Assembly: GCA_022071945.1 (NCBI GenBank)
Contig: JAJVIN010000025.1
Location: 5,500-69,499, forward strand
Length of the DNA stretch: 64,000 nucleotides
Source of the DNA: Thermoanaerobaculia bacterium
Lineage (GTDB): Bacteria; Acidobacteriota; Thermoanaerobaculia; UBA5066
Reading direction: 5' to 3'
Part shown: in pieces, positions 10,460 through 19,566 of the stretch
How positions within the stretch are numbered: the stretch's first letter is position 1
How the letters are laid out: each line of letters starts with the position of its first letter
The notes under the pieces: model-generated
Seen by the model: only the letters and a program-made list of their open reading frames with translations
The model's database searches: none
What the model was told of the DNA's origin: nothing
Position numbers and translations under genes: made by a program

Positions 10460-11233
10460 GTGGTGTCCGGTATCTCCTCGAAACTGAGACGCCTCCTGAG
10501 CCCGCTGCGCCGGCGCCTGAGGCGTTCCCGGGTCGCCCTTCGCTACCTCCGGGGCGACGGCATCGAGATCGGAGCCCTGCACGAGCCAACGGCTCTGCCG
10601 TTCGTCGCCCGAGTGAGGTACGTCGACCGTCTCCCGAAGGACGATCTGTGCCGGCGGTTCCCTTCCCTCCCCCGGCACCGGATCGTCGAGACGGACATCG
10701 TCACCGATGGATTCCTCCTCGACGGAATCGAAGACGCCTCCCAGGACTTCGTCATCGCCAACCATGTTCTCGAGCACGCACCGGAGGCCCTCGGAACGGC
10801 CCTCAGATGGTTTCGCGCCGTTCGGGCCGGCGGACACCTCCTCATCACCGTTCCCATCGCCGACCGGTGCTTCGACCGCGGCCGTCCCATCACCGAGACA
10901 ACCCACTTCCTGGAAGACCACCGCCTCCTCGGCGCGGGCCAGACCGAGGCCTTCTGGGAGAAGAGCCGGCTGCACTACGCCGAGTGGGTGAGAATCTCGG
11001 TGCCCGCCATCCTCCTCGAGGAGGCGGGATCGGCCGGACTGCCCGCTCCGGCTGACGAGGAGATCGAGCGCCGGTTCACCCTGCGCGAGGACATCCACTT
11101 CCACACCTTCACGGCTGCCTCCTTCAAAGGGTTTCTGGAACTCCTCCCTTCGATGGCGCCGGAGGCCGAGGTCGTCGAGGTCCGTCCGGCGGGAGCCGAG
11201 GTCATCGGGGTGGTGCGCAAGCGGAAGCCCTGA
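10460..11233 (+). CDS. Class I SAM-dependent methyltransferase
   Basis: GIEIGALH; SQDFVIANHVLEH; GGHLLITVP. Confidence 0.8.
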   Translation: MVSGISSKLRRLLSPLRRRLRRSRVALRYLRGDGIEIGALHEPTALPFVARVRYVDRLPKDDLCRRFPSLPRHRIVETDIVTDGFLLDGIEDASQDFVIANHVLEHAPEALGTALRWFRAVRAGGHLLITVPIADRCFDRGRPITETTHFLEDHRLLGAGQTEAFWEKSRLHYAEWVRISVPAILLEEAGSAGLPAPADEEIERRFTLREDIHFHTFTAASFKGFLELLPSMAPEAEVVEVRPAGAEVIGVVRKRKP

Positions 11234-11661
11234 CAGTTGATTCCATGTCTCATTTGCGCCGAGGAGTGGGTGGCGGCAGCGACACCACCTCGCCACGAGA
11301 ATGGAGGCACGGGCGGGCCCTGACTGGTAAGGCCGCGTCAGCGGCTCGCCTTCACAACCTCGGTCTTCGGTGCGATGATGTCCTTTGCGCCTGATGAGAT
11401 GGAGAGCGGGATCGCGCCGATTCGTGTGTGTCTTGATGAGCGCGACACGCGACTGTCTTGCACCAAGAAGGCTCAACCCCGCGCGTAATCGCTTACACGG
11501 AAAATGCAACGGCACCGCTCAGCCTCATCGCGCCCTCAACCCTTGCAGGTAGTTGTTTGACAGTGACCAAAATGCGGTATGCCGGAGGTCCAGGCTCCGG
11601 CGTCCCGCGGGAACCCTTGTTTGGACGATGACCGAGATACCCAAGAGAAGGAGAACCGAAG

Positions 11662-12228
11662 ATGTCTTCTAGACCAATCCTCCACTTCCTGCTGTCCCTC
11701 ACCGCGGCTTCGTTCGTTGCCTCGGCCCAGACTCCGCCTCCGGCCCAGCAGCCGGCTCCTCAGCAGCCGGCTCCTCAGCAGCAGGCGGCACCGACAGGCC
11801 AGCAGCCAATTGCCGCGAGCCTTGGTGTCATCGTCTATCCCGCAAAGGGACAGCCTGCCGCCACGCAGTCGAAAGACGAGAACGAGTGTTACGGCTGGGC
11901 GAAGCAGCAAACGAACATCGATCCCGCCAAGCCCCAGCAGGTCGTCGTTGCCACTCCTCCCCCGGTCCAGGGGGGCGCCGTGAAGGGTGCCGCGAAGGGT
12001 GCCGCCGGCGGTGCCGCGATCGGAGCGATCGCGGGCGACACCGGAGAAGGAGCGGCGATCGGTGCAGTTGTCGGGGCGGCGAAGGGCCGCAAGGCCCAGA
12101 AGCAGGCGAACGCTGCCGCCCAGCAGCAATCCCAGCAGCAGGCACAGCAGATCAGCCAGGCCCAGAAGGACCAGTTCAAGAAGGCCTTCTCGGCTTGCAT
12201 GGAAGGGCGCGGGTACTCGATCAAGTAG
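11662..12228 (+). CDS. Secreted glycine-zipper protein with a Cys pair
   Basis: AAGGAG RBS; signal peptide; YPAKGQ...D..ECY.WA; GAAGGAAIGAIAG; ACMEGRGYSIK. Confidence 0.8.
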   Translation: MSSRPILHFLLSLTAASFVASAQTPPPAQQPAPQQPAPQQQAAPTGQQPIAASLGVIVYPAKGQPAATQSKDENECYGWAKQQTNIDPAKPQQVVVATPPPVQGGAVKGAAKGAAGGAAIGAIAGDTGEGAAIGAVVGAAKGRKAQKQANAAAQQQSQQQAQQISQAQKDQFKKAFSACMEGRGYSIK

Positions 12229-12313
12229 TGGACCCCGGGGCGCCTCGATTCCAGGCGAGGGGGCAGGTGCCGTTTTCGGGAGGGCCGCCTTCCCAGACAG
12301 GTCGGAGGAGTCG

Positions 12314-12982
12314 ATGCAGCAAGAAGGAACCCTCACGCGGGCAAGCCTGAGGGCACCCCGCGCCGGCGCGATTGCGGGCATCATTTTCTCTATCTTGCTC
12401 ATCGCCAGCATCGTCCTCATCCGGACGGCCGTGCCTGCCAATCCGGATGAGGCCGGGATGTGGCTATCCGGCGGGTGGAAGGGCGTCCAGATCGCACTGA
12501 ACCTCCTCCCGTTCGCCGGCGTCGCGTTCCTGTGGTTCATCGGTGTGATGCGTGACCGGATGGGCGAACTCGAGGACCGCTTCTTTGCAACAGTCTTCCT
12601 CGGGAGCGGCATCCTCTTTCTCGCCATGCTCTTCGCCTCGTCGGCGGTGGCGAGCACTGTCTTGATCCTGCACGGGACCATCCGAGGACGGCTGATCGAT
12701 TCGGGCCTGTACGCCTTCGGCCGGACCCTGGCCTACCTGATCATGAACGTCTATGCGATGAAGATGGCAGGGGTCTTCATGATCTCGAGCTGCACGATTG
12801 GGCTCAGAATCAGCATCCTTCCGAAGTGGATGTCCTACATCGGGTATGCGTTGGCCGTCGTCCTCCTACTGACCAGCAGTCACTTTCACTGGAGTCCGCT
12901 GCTGTTCCCGCTGTGGGCGCTCATGGTCAGCTCCTACGTTCTCTTCGCGAATCTCCGGTCCAGGGAAGAGATTGGGGGCTGA
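12314..12982 (+). CDS. Multi-pass membrane protein, function unknown
   Basis: GGAGGAG RBS before the ATG at 12314; about 6 hydrophobic helices (PRAGAIAGIIFSILL, PFAGVAFLWFIGVMRD). Confidence 0.75.
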   Translation: MQQEGTLTRASLRAPRAGAIAGIIFSILLIASIVLIRTAVPANPDEAGMWLSGGWKGVQIALNLLPFAGVAFLWFIGVMRDRMGELEDRFFATVFLGSGILFLAMLFASSAVASTVLILHGTIRGRLIDSGLYAFGRTLAYLIMNVYAMKMAGVFMISSCTIGLRISILPKWMSYIGYALAVVLLLTSSHFHWSPLLFPLWALMVSSYVLFANLRSREEIGG

Positions 12983-12990
12983 CGGACTTT

Positions 12991-15450
12991 TCATTTGGCG
13001 AGGGTCCGAACGTGGATATCGAGCTGCGGGAAGGGGACTTCGATTCGCGCCTTCTCCAGTTCCTCGGCCACGGCGCGTTTCAGGGCGCTGAGAACCCTCG
13101 GAGAATCCTCCATCCGCGCCCAGAGCCGGATTCGCCACACGAGGGCACTGTCGCCAAAGCTCTCGAAGAACGCTTCGGGTGCGGGTTCCGGGACGACACC
13201 TTCTGTACGGCGTGCCGCTGCAAGGAGCGACTGTGCCGTCGCCTCCAGGGGAGAACCGTACGCAACGCCCACGGGAACGTCAAACCGGCGGTTGGGGTTT
13301 GAGAGGGTCCAGTTCGTGACGGGCTTGGAAATGAGGTCGGAGTTCGGGACGACCACCTCGGCGCCGTCGAACGTCGATACGGTCGAGGAACGGATGCCGA
13401 TGCGGGTGACCTGACCCGTCGTGCCCGAAACCTCGATGGCGTCACCGATCTGGACAGGACGCTCGGAAAGGAGGATGAGGCCGGAAATGAAGTTGCTGAC
13501 GACGTTCTGGAGGCCAAACCCGATTCCGACGCCGAGCGCGCCGGCGAAGAACCCCATCTTTGTCAGGTCGAGTCCAGCGGCTCCGGCGGCGAAAACGAAA
13601 CCCAACAGAAGCACCAGGTAGCGCGCGGTGACGGCGATGGAGAAGGCCACTCCGCGCTTGAGGCTGAGATGCGGGAGGAACTCCTCGGCGAGGACGAAGG
13701 AGACGATCCGAGAGAGGAACGACGCGAGCGCGAGGATCGCCGTGAACGCGATGATGGAGCCTGCCGACAAGGACACCGAGCCCAGGGTGAGCTTCGCGTC
13801 GAACAATCCCAGGAGCGCCCGGCCCGCCGGGGTCGCGACCTCGAACGCGCTGAACCCGATGAACATTCCAGTCCCGATCGCGAGGAGTCTGAGCACTTTG
13901 ACCCCGGTCGCCGTGACCGTGTGAGGGTAGAGGCGGACCATCCGTAGGGCTTGCGCCGGAGCAGACGCGATCAGGGTTTTGAGGAGTTCGACCAGGACGA
14001 GGTAGCTGGCCATGATGAGAATCGCCCCGCCGAGAGTACTGAGGGCGGCCGTGCTGATGAAGGATGCGAGAGTGACCCATCCCCCGATGCTGCCAGCTGC
14101 CGCGATGCCGAGGGCGCCGACGAGGAACCATGCCGCGATGGCAAGGAGCCGCGAGCGAGTGCCGTTCGCCAGGCGCCCCGACCAGCGTTGCCCGCGCAAG
14201 AGGTCTCGGGCTAGGACAAGGGCCAGAGGGGCTGTCTGGAGAATGAGGGTGATCCGTTCGGTCAGCAGGGAGAGATCGAGCGTGTTACGAAAAGGGAAGA
14301 GCGCAAGGGAGGCGGCCAGGACCCAGATGGAGTTGCTCTCGGCCGGCCCGAGGATCTTCACGACGATCCAGGCCGCCGTCGGGGCGGCGGGAATCCACGC
14401 GAGCTGGTAGACGACGGACGGTGCCGGCGGGGCGAGAAGGATGAGCGCGAGAACCGTGAAGGGGATCGAGGCCACCCACGGGCTCTCCATGATGCGCAGA
14501 GCCGCTGCCTCGTCTGGGTCCGTCGCGGCACGCCGCGCCGCCCCGGGCCGGAGCTTCTTCAGAAGGGTCACCAAGCTGCCGAGGACGGTGGCTGCCACGA
14601 GCGCAAGCCATCCCGCATTCACCTTGGCGTAGTGGCTCACCCGCGAGGCCTCGCGGGCGATGCGGTCCGCGGTGACGGCGATGGCCTCGCGGCCTGTCAA
14701 GTGGAGGCGCCAGATCGGTTCTCCGGACTGCTCGGCGACACGTTCCCGAGCCTCGAGAATCTGCGCCTCGTTCTCCGCCTCGAGGGAGGCGAGCCGGCCA
14801 CGGACATCCGCGAGCCTGCTCAGATCAACGAGGATCTCCCGGCGGCGCCCTGCCAGGCGGGTACCGAGTTCTGCCAGATCGTCCTGGCAACGCCGGACAC
14901 GTTCCTGTAACTCTGGCGGCGTTGCCCCTTCCTCGAGAAGGCGCGCATGGGCCTGAAGTTCCTCCTGCAGGTCCGAGGCCTCTCGCTGCCACTTCTCGAC
15001 GGCCCTGAGTCGATCTGTCACAGCTTCCCCTATGGGAACGACTTGGCGCTCCGCCGCGGCGATGCGGCGCGTCTTCTCCACGAACTCATCGAACGGGACG
15101 GTCCCACCCGGTTTCGTCTCGACGATCCCGGCGAGGACATTTCCGAGTGCGCTCGACGCGTACCTCTCCGCAACGTCGGGGGCGAGGGCACGAAGTGCCC
15201 TCTGCCGGAGCGCCTCCACTCTGGCGACGAGATCCGGCAAGACCGCGACGGAGAGGGGCGCCGTCTCGGTCTCGCTGACGGCAGCAGCTCCTTGCTGAGG
15301 GCCCGGCTTCTCCGGCACGGTTTCGCTCTTCTGGACGGGACGCGTCGACGGTTCCCCGCCGCCGCAGGACCCGAGGAAGATCGTCGCCGCGACGAGGAGT
15401 GCCGCGACGAGGCCGTGCCCTGAGCGGGGTGGCTCTGTGCGAGCGGGCAT
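12991..15450 (-). CDS. Large MscS/MscK-type mechanosensitive channel
   Basis: GALGVGIGFGLQNVVSNFISGLILL.ERP.QIGD; VVVPNS; VGVAYGS; IEVPFPQ. N-terminal lipobox-like LGSC and coiled coil. Start approximate. Confidence 0.9.
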   Translation of the reverse strand: MPARTEPPRSGHGLVAALLVAATIFLGSCGGGEPSTRPVQKSETVPEKPGPQQGAAAVSETETAPLSVAVLPDLVARVEALRQRALRALAPDVAERYASSALGNVLAGIVETKPGGTVPFDEFVEKTRRIAAAERQVVPIGEAVTDRLRAVEKWQREASDLQEELQAHARLLEEGATPPELQERVRRCQDDLAELGTRLAGRRREILVDLSRLADVRGRLASLEAENEAQILEARERVAEQSGEPIWRLHLTGREAIAVTADRIAREASRVSHYAKVNAGWLALVAATVLGSLVTLLKKLRPGAARRAATDPDEAAALRIMESPWVASIPFTVLALILLAPPAPSVVYQLAWIPAAPTAAWIVVKILGPAESNSIWVLAASLALFPFRNTLDLSLLTERITLILQTAPLALVLARDLLRGQRWSGRLANGTRSRLLAIAAWFLVGALGIAAAGSIGGWVTLASFISTAALSTLGGAILIMASYLVLVELLKTLIASAPAQALRMVRLYPHTVTATGVKVLRLLAIGTGMFIGFSAFEVATPAGRALLGLFDAKLTLGSVSLSAGSIIAFTAILALASFLSRIVSFVLAEEFLPHLSLKRGVAFSIAVTARYLVLLLGFVFAAGAAGLDLTKMGFFAGALGVGIGFGLQNVVSNFISGLILLSERPVQIGDAIEVSGTTGQVTRIGIRSSTVSTFDGAEVVVPNSDLISKPVTNWTLSNPNRRFDVPVGVAYGSPLEATAQSLLAAARRTEGVVPEPAPEAFFESFGDSALVWRIRLWARMEDSPRVLSALKRAVAEELEKARIEVPFPQLDIHVRTLAK

Positions 15451-15807
15451 TCGTGTTCCACCTCGGGGCACGGGATCAGCAACAACCTTCTTTCGAGCGC
15501 CCTGAGGCTCCCGGTTCAGCGCCAGGCCCGGACATTCACGCGAGTCGTAGACGGTCATGGTGTGCTCCTACCGCGGGTCGCTTGCCCTGCTGACGCGCAC
15601 AGGACGGGCAGAGTTTACGATCGAGACGAGACGCCATGCGTTCTGGTAGGCGAAGGCGGGAGAGCTCGTGAACATGCTCATGGTGCATGACGGTTCCAGC
15701 ATCGCTCCGTGCCCTTCGGGACGAGACAGACCGTGACCTGCCAGGACATCACTCTTAGACTAAACGACGCGCCGTCGGCGCCACCCTGCCAACGAGCCTG
15801 GAGGAAA

Positions 15808-16821
15808 GTGTTGAAGCGTTTCAGGGACTTGATGGTTGTCTCCCTCGTGCTCGTCGTGGGGCTTGCCCCGGCCGCTCTCGCGCAGTCGCCGGCCGAGATC
15901 GAAGCCGCACTGAAGTCAGCCCACGCCAGGTACAAGGACCTCAAGGAGGGCGCCAACGCCGACTACATTCCCGCGCTCGCGAAGGTCGATCCCAACATCT
16001 TCGGGATCGTCGTCGTCACGACGGACGGGAAGGTCTACACGGTTGGCGACGTCACGTCGGAAGTCTCGATCCAGTCGATCTCGAAGGTCTTCACGATGGC
16101 CCGTGTCATGGAAGAGCAGGGGCCAGAGGCCATCGCCAGCAACATGGGGGTCGATGCCACGGGGCAGGTCTTCAACTCGATCGTTGCCGTGGAACAGCAC
16201 AAGGGCGCCGAGATGAACGCGATGGTCAACCCGGGTGCGATCACCGCGACGAGCATGGTAAAGGGGGCGACCTCCGAAGAGATCTGGGGAAGCATCATCG
16301 GGACCTACAGTGACTTCGACGGAAGGAAGCTCTCGGTCAACCAGGAAGTCTACAAGCCGGAGGCCGAGACGAACCAGCGCAACCAGGCGATCGCGATGCT
16401 GATGTACGCCTATGGCCACATCAAGGCCGAGCCTCTCCGGGCGACGGACATCTACACCAGACAGTGCTCGGTGAACGTGAACGCGAAGGACCTCGCCGTC
16501 ATGGCGGCGACGCTCGCCAACGGTGGAAAGAATCCGTTGACCGGCAAGCAAGTCATCAACACCCAGAATGTTCCCGAGATCCTTGCCGTCATGGCGACCG
16601 CGGGGCTTTACGACGACAGTGGAAAGTGGCTCTTCTCGACCGGGCTCCCCGCCAAGAGCGGTGTCGGTGGAGGAATCCTCGCCGTCTCGCCAGGAAAGTT
16701 CGGGATCGCGGCCATCGCTCCTCCCCTGGACAAGGCGGGGAACAGTGTCAAGGCGCAGAAAGCCATCGCTGACGTCTCGAACGCACTGGGAGGGAATCCG
16801 TACGCGCCGAAGCCCCGGTGA
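15808..16821 (+). CDS. glsA: Glutaminase A with N-terminal signal peptide
   Basis: ADYIPALA; IQSISKVF (catalytic SxxK); NPGAI; GLYD.SG; PAKSGVGGGI; PLD.AGNSV. GGAGG before the GTG at 15808. Confidence 0.93.
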   Translation: MLKRFRDLMVVSLVLVVGLAPAALAQSPAEIEAALKSAHARYKDLKEGANADYIPALAKVDPNIFGIVVVTTDGKVYTVGDVTSEVSIQSISKVFTMARVMEEQGPEAIASNMGVDATGQVFNSIVAVEQHKGAEMNAMVNPGAITATSMVKGATSEEIWGSIIGTYSDFDGRKLSVNQEVYKPEAETNQRNQAIAMLMYAYGHIKAEPLRATDIYTRQCSVNVNAKDLAVMAATLANGGKNPLTGKQVINTQNVPEILAVMATAGLYDDSGKWLFSTGLPAKSGVGGGILAVSPGKFGIAAIAPPLDKAGNSVKAQKAIADVSNALGGNPYAPKPR

Positions 16822-16834
16822 ACCCTGAGGGAAA

Positions 16835-18541
16835 TCAGAAGAGGTAGCGGGCCCGGAGCTGGAACTGGCGGGCCTGGCCGGATGCGTCGTTCTTGTTGAC
16901 TCGCTCGCCCCAGATGTACTGTGCGCCGACCTCGCTGTTGCGGAATGGGGTCCACGCGAGGTTCAGGCTGAGCCGGTTCGTCCTCTTGTAGGCACTCGCG
17001 GGCTGGAAGTCCAGATTGTCAACCCGGACAGTGCCCCAGATGAGCGACGAGCGGAGGTAGCCGGGCATTCCCGCCGCGCCGCTCCAGCGGTGAAGGTAGG
17101 AGCCGAACCAGCCCCAGTGCCGGAGAAGGACGAGATCCCCGGTCGCGGGGTCGAAGGCGCCGTCCTGCCCTCCCGCCGAATTCAGGTCACTGATGAAACG
17201 CGCGATTCCTTCTCCGGCATTGACCTGGAACGTGAAGATGTCACCCTTGGCCCACGAGAGTTCCGAGACGGTTCCACTCGCGGAGAGTCCCCAGCCCGTC
17301 TCGTGTCCGATCTCGTTCGGACGGCTCGCCGACTCGCCTCGGATGTTCCGGAGGACGGCTGATCCCTGGAGACGCGCGGCGCTCGATGGGGTCCACGTTC
17401 CGCGGACCATCAGGTCGGGGATCTGGTTGACACTTCGAACCGTCTTCCCGTCGGTGTCCGTCAGCGAGGCGTTGGGGTACTCGACCGAGGCCGCCAGGCG
17501 GAACGCCTGGCTCAGGCGCTGCGTGTAACGGAACTGTGCCTGGCGCTGGACGTTCTCGGCGTTCACACCCTCGAAGTCGATGTCGCCGGAATCCGCGTCC
17601 GGGTCCGAGAAGGTCGACCAGGTCTGGCCAGCGAGAAGCCCGCCGACCTGAACGTACGCGTGTCTCAGGCGAAAGCCGTCCGAGGCGCCCGCGAAGTCGC
17701 CCTCGACGAAGGCTCGGATCGCCCGGTCGCCGGGTCCCTTCGTTCTCACGTCGAAATTCAGCGCGCTCGGCTTTGCCCAGAAGGACGTGCGGGGCCCCTT
17801 CTCGGCGCCGGGGTCGCCCACGACAGGGATGGAGAAGGTCAGGAAGCGGTCGTCGGAACCGAGGGCGTCCAGGGTGTTCACCGCGCTCACCCAGACGGAT
17901 CCCCCGAACTTGATGGCCGCGGGGGAGCCCGGAATCCGGATCGAGCCCGGAAAGTCTCCGGCCGAAACGATGTCTGCCGGCAGGTCGGGCTTCTTCTTGT
18001 TTGCATCCTCGAGGCGCGCGAGCCTGTCGACGAACTCCTTCGATGGCTGTGAGAGCACCGGGAGTGACTGCTCCATCTCGTCCAGGCGGATCCGGTGCCG
18101 CTCGACTTCCTTGACAAGCGCGTCGAGCTTCATCGCTCGCTCTTCGTTCTGAACTCGCTGTGCCTCGACTCCGGCCTTCTCCCGCTCCAGCTTCTCTCGC
18201 TCGGCCTGAAGCTCTTTCGCGGCGGCCTCGAGCGTCTCCCTCTGCGCCGCGAGAACCCGGCGTTCCTCGTCGAACAGCTTCTCGATCTCTCGCCTCTGGG
18301 CAGCCGTGAAGGGGTCCTTGGGCCTCTTCTTCGCCGGGACCGGCTTTTTCGCGCTGGACGGGTCAGTCGTGTCAGTTGGAGAAGGGGTGTTCTGGGCGTG
18401 GAGAGGGCTGGCGAGAAGGACCAGAAGGCAGGCCGCGAGGCCGAACTGACCAGGGCACCCGGCGCGAGGGATTCCGCTCGTCCTCTGGCGCTTCTCCGCG
18501 TCACTCTCTCGAACTCGATTGTCGTGGGAGCCGTGTCTCAT
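16835..18541 (-). CDS. DcaP-family outer-membrane porin with N-terminal coiled coil
   Basis: FVEGDFAG...FRLRHAY....LLAGQTWSTFSD; QRQAQFRY; SVEYP; C-terminal aromatic residue (RYLF). Start approximate. Confidence 0.85.
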   Translation of the reverse strand: MRHGSHDNRVRESDAEKRQRTSGIPRAGCPGQFGLAACLLVLLASPLHAQNTPSPTDTTDPSSAKKPVPAKKRPKDPFTAAQRREIEKLFDEERRVLAAQRETLEAAAKELQAEREKLEREKAGVEAQRVQNEERAMKLDALVKEVERHRIRLDEMEQSLPVLSQPSKEFVDRLARLEDANKKKPDLPADIVSAGDFPGSIRIPGSPAAIKFGGSVWVSAVNTLDALGSDDRFLTFSIPVVGDPGAEKGPRTSFWAKPSALNFDVRTKGPGDRAIRAFVEGDFAGASDGFRLRHAYVQVGGLLAGQTWSTFSDPDADSGDIDFEGVNAENVQRQAQFRYTQRLSQAFRLAASVEYPNASLTDTDGKTVRSVNQIPDLMVRGTWTPSSAARLQGSAVLRNIRGESASRPNEIGHETGWGLSASGTVSELSWAKGDIFTFQVNAGEGIARFISDLNSAGGQDGAFDPATGDLVLLRHWGWFGSYLHRWSGAAGMPGYLRSSLIWGTVRVDNLDFQPASAYKRTNRLSLNLAWTPFRNSEVGAQYIWGERVNKNDASGQARQFQLRARYLF

Positions 18542-18841
18542 GGCGCTCGCGAAGGGTAGCACCCGTGGCGCGAGCGGAGGAGCTGCCCCCGGAGTCTGCT
18601 CACGACCGGCCTGGCATTGCTACTGCCGCCCCCGAGGCCCGGGCGCCATCACGCGCGAAGTCGACGAAAGCACAGATGGAGTTTTGTTACAATCCGACCT
18701 TCGTTTGTGAACCAGCGCGATCAGTAGAAGACAATGAAAGCAGCTCACAGCGTTCAGCGCTGGTGGCGAGGCGCCTGCGATGACGGCGCATCCGGATTGA
18801 CAGCCTGTGCGTTCCGAACGACGCACAAGCAAGGAGGCATC

Positions 18842-19543
18842 ATGAACATCCACAGGCCGATGACGGTCATCTCGTTTGCTCTGCTTTTCGCGGCGCCGCT
18901 GGTCGCCCAGCAGCCCGCGGCGCCTGCGACCGATCCCGTCACTGTCATCAAGCAGTCGCTCCAGAAGAGTGCGGCCTCGATTCGCCAATACCAGTGGGTC
19001 GAATCGACGACGGTCTCCATGAAAGGCGAGGTGAAGTCGCAGACGCAGGCCACCTGCTACTACGGCGCCGACGGCAAGGTCCAGAAGGTCCCGGTCACCG
19101 CGCCTCCGGCCGAAGACAAGAAACGGGGCCTCCGGGGAAAGATCGTCGAGAACAAGAAGGAGGAGATTTCCGCTTCGATGAAGGAGGCGGTGGCCCTCGT
19201 GCACCAGTACATCCCGCCCGACCCGGCCCGCATCCAGGCCGCGAAGGACGCCGGCCGGCTGACCCTGACGCCGCCTGACCAGAAAGGGAGCGTCGTCGTC
19301 GTCGTCAAGGACTACCTCAAGGCCGGGGACTCGCTGACGATCAACCTGAACGCCGCGGCGGGTCTCCTGACGGGGGTGGCCGTCTCAACGTTCACGGACG
19401 CGAAGGAAGCGGTCGGCCTGAAGGTGACGACGGCGACGCTTCCAGATGGCACGGTCTACGCGTCGCAGACGAACCTCGATGTCGCCGCGCAGAACCTCGC
19501 CGTGGCGATCGCAAACTCCGGGTACCGCAAGGCTGGAAGCTGA
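18842..19543 (+). CDS. Secreted hypothetical protein (beta-rich)
   Basis: AAGGAGG RBS; signal peptide ending PLVA-Q; strong coding codon pattern. Confidence 0.8.
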   Translation: MNIHRPMTVISFALLFAAPLVAQQPAAPATDPVTVIKQSLQKSAASIRQYQWVESTTVSMKGEVKSQTQATCYYGADGKVQKVPVTAPPAEDKKRGLRGKIVENKKEEISASMKEAVALVHQYIPPDPARIQAAKDAGRLTLTPPDQKGSVVVVVKDYLKAGDSLTINLNAAAGLLTGVAVSTFTDAKEAVGLKVTTATLPDGTVYASQTNLDVAAQNLAVAIANSGYRKAGS

Positions 19544-19566
19544 GCACGAGACCAGCCATTTCAACA

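Noticed and set aside
18611-18628. GG-N10-GC motif readable on both strands between the porin and the secreted protein
   Set aside because: The -12 element is poor (CTGC or ATGC) and there are no supporting enhancer sites; plausible by chance at this GC content.
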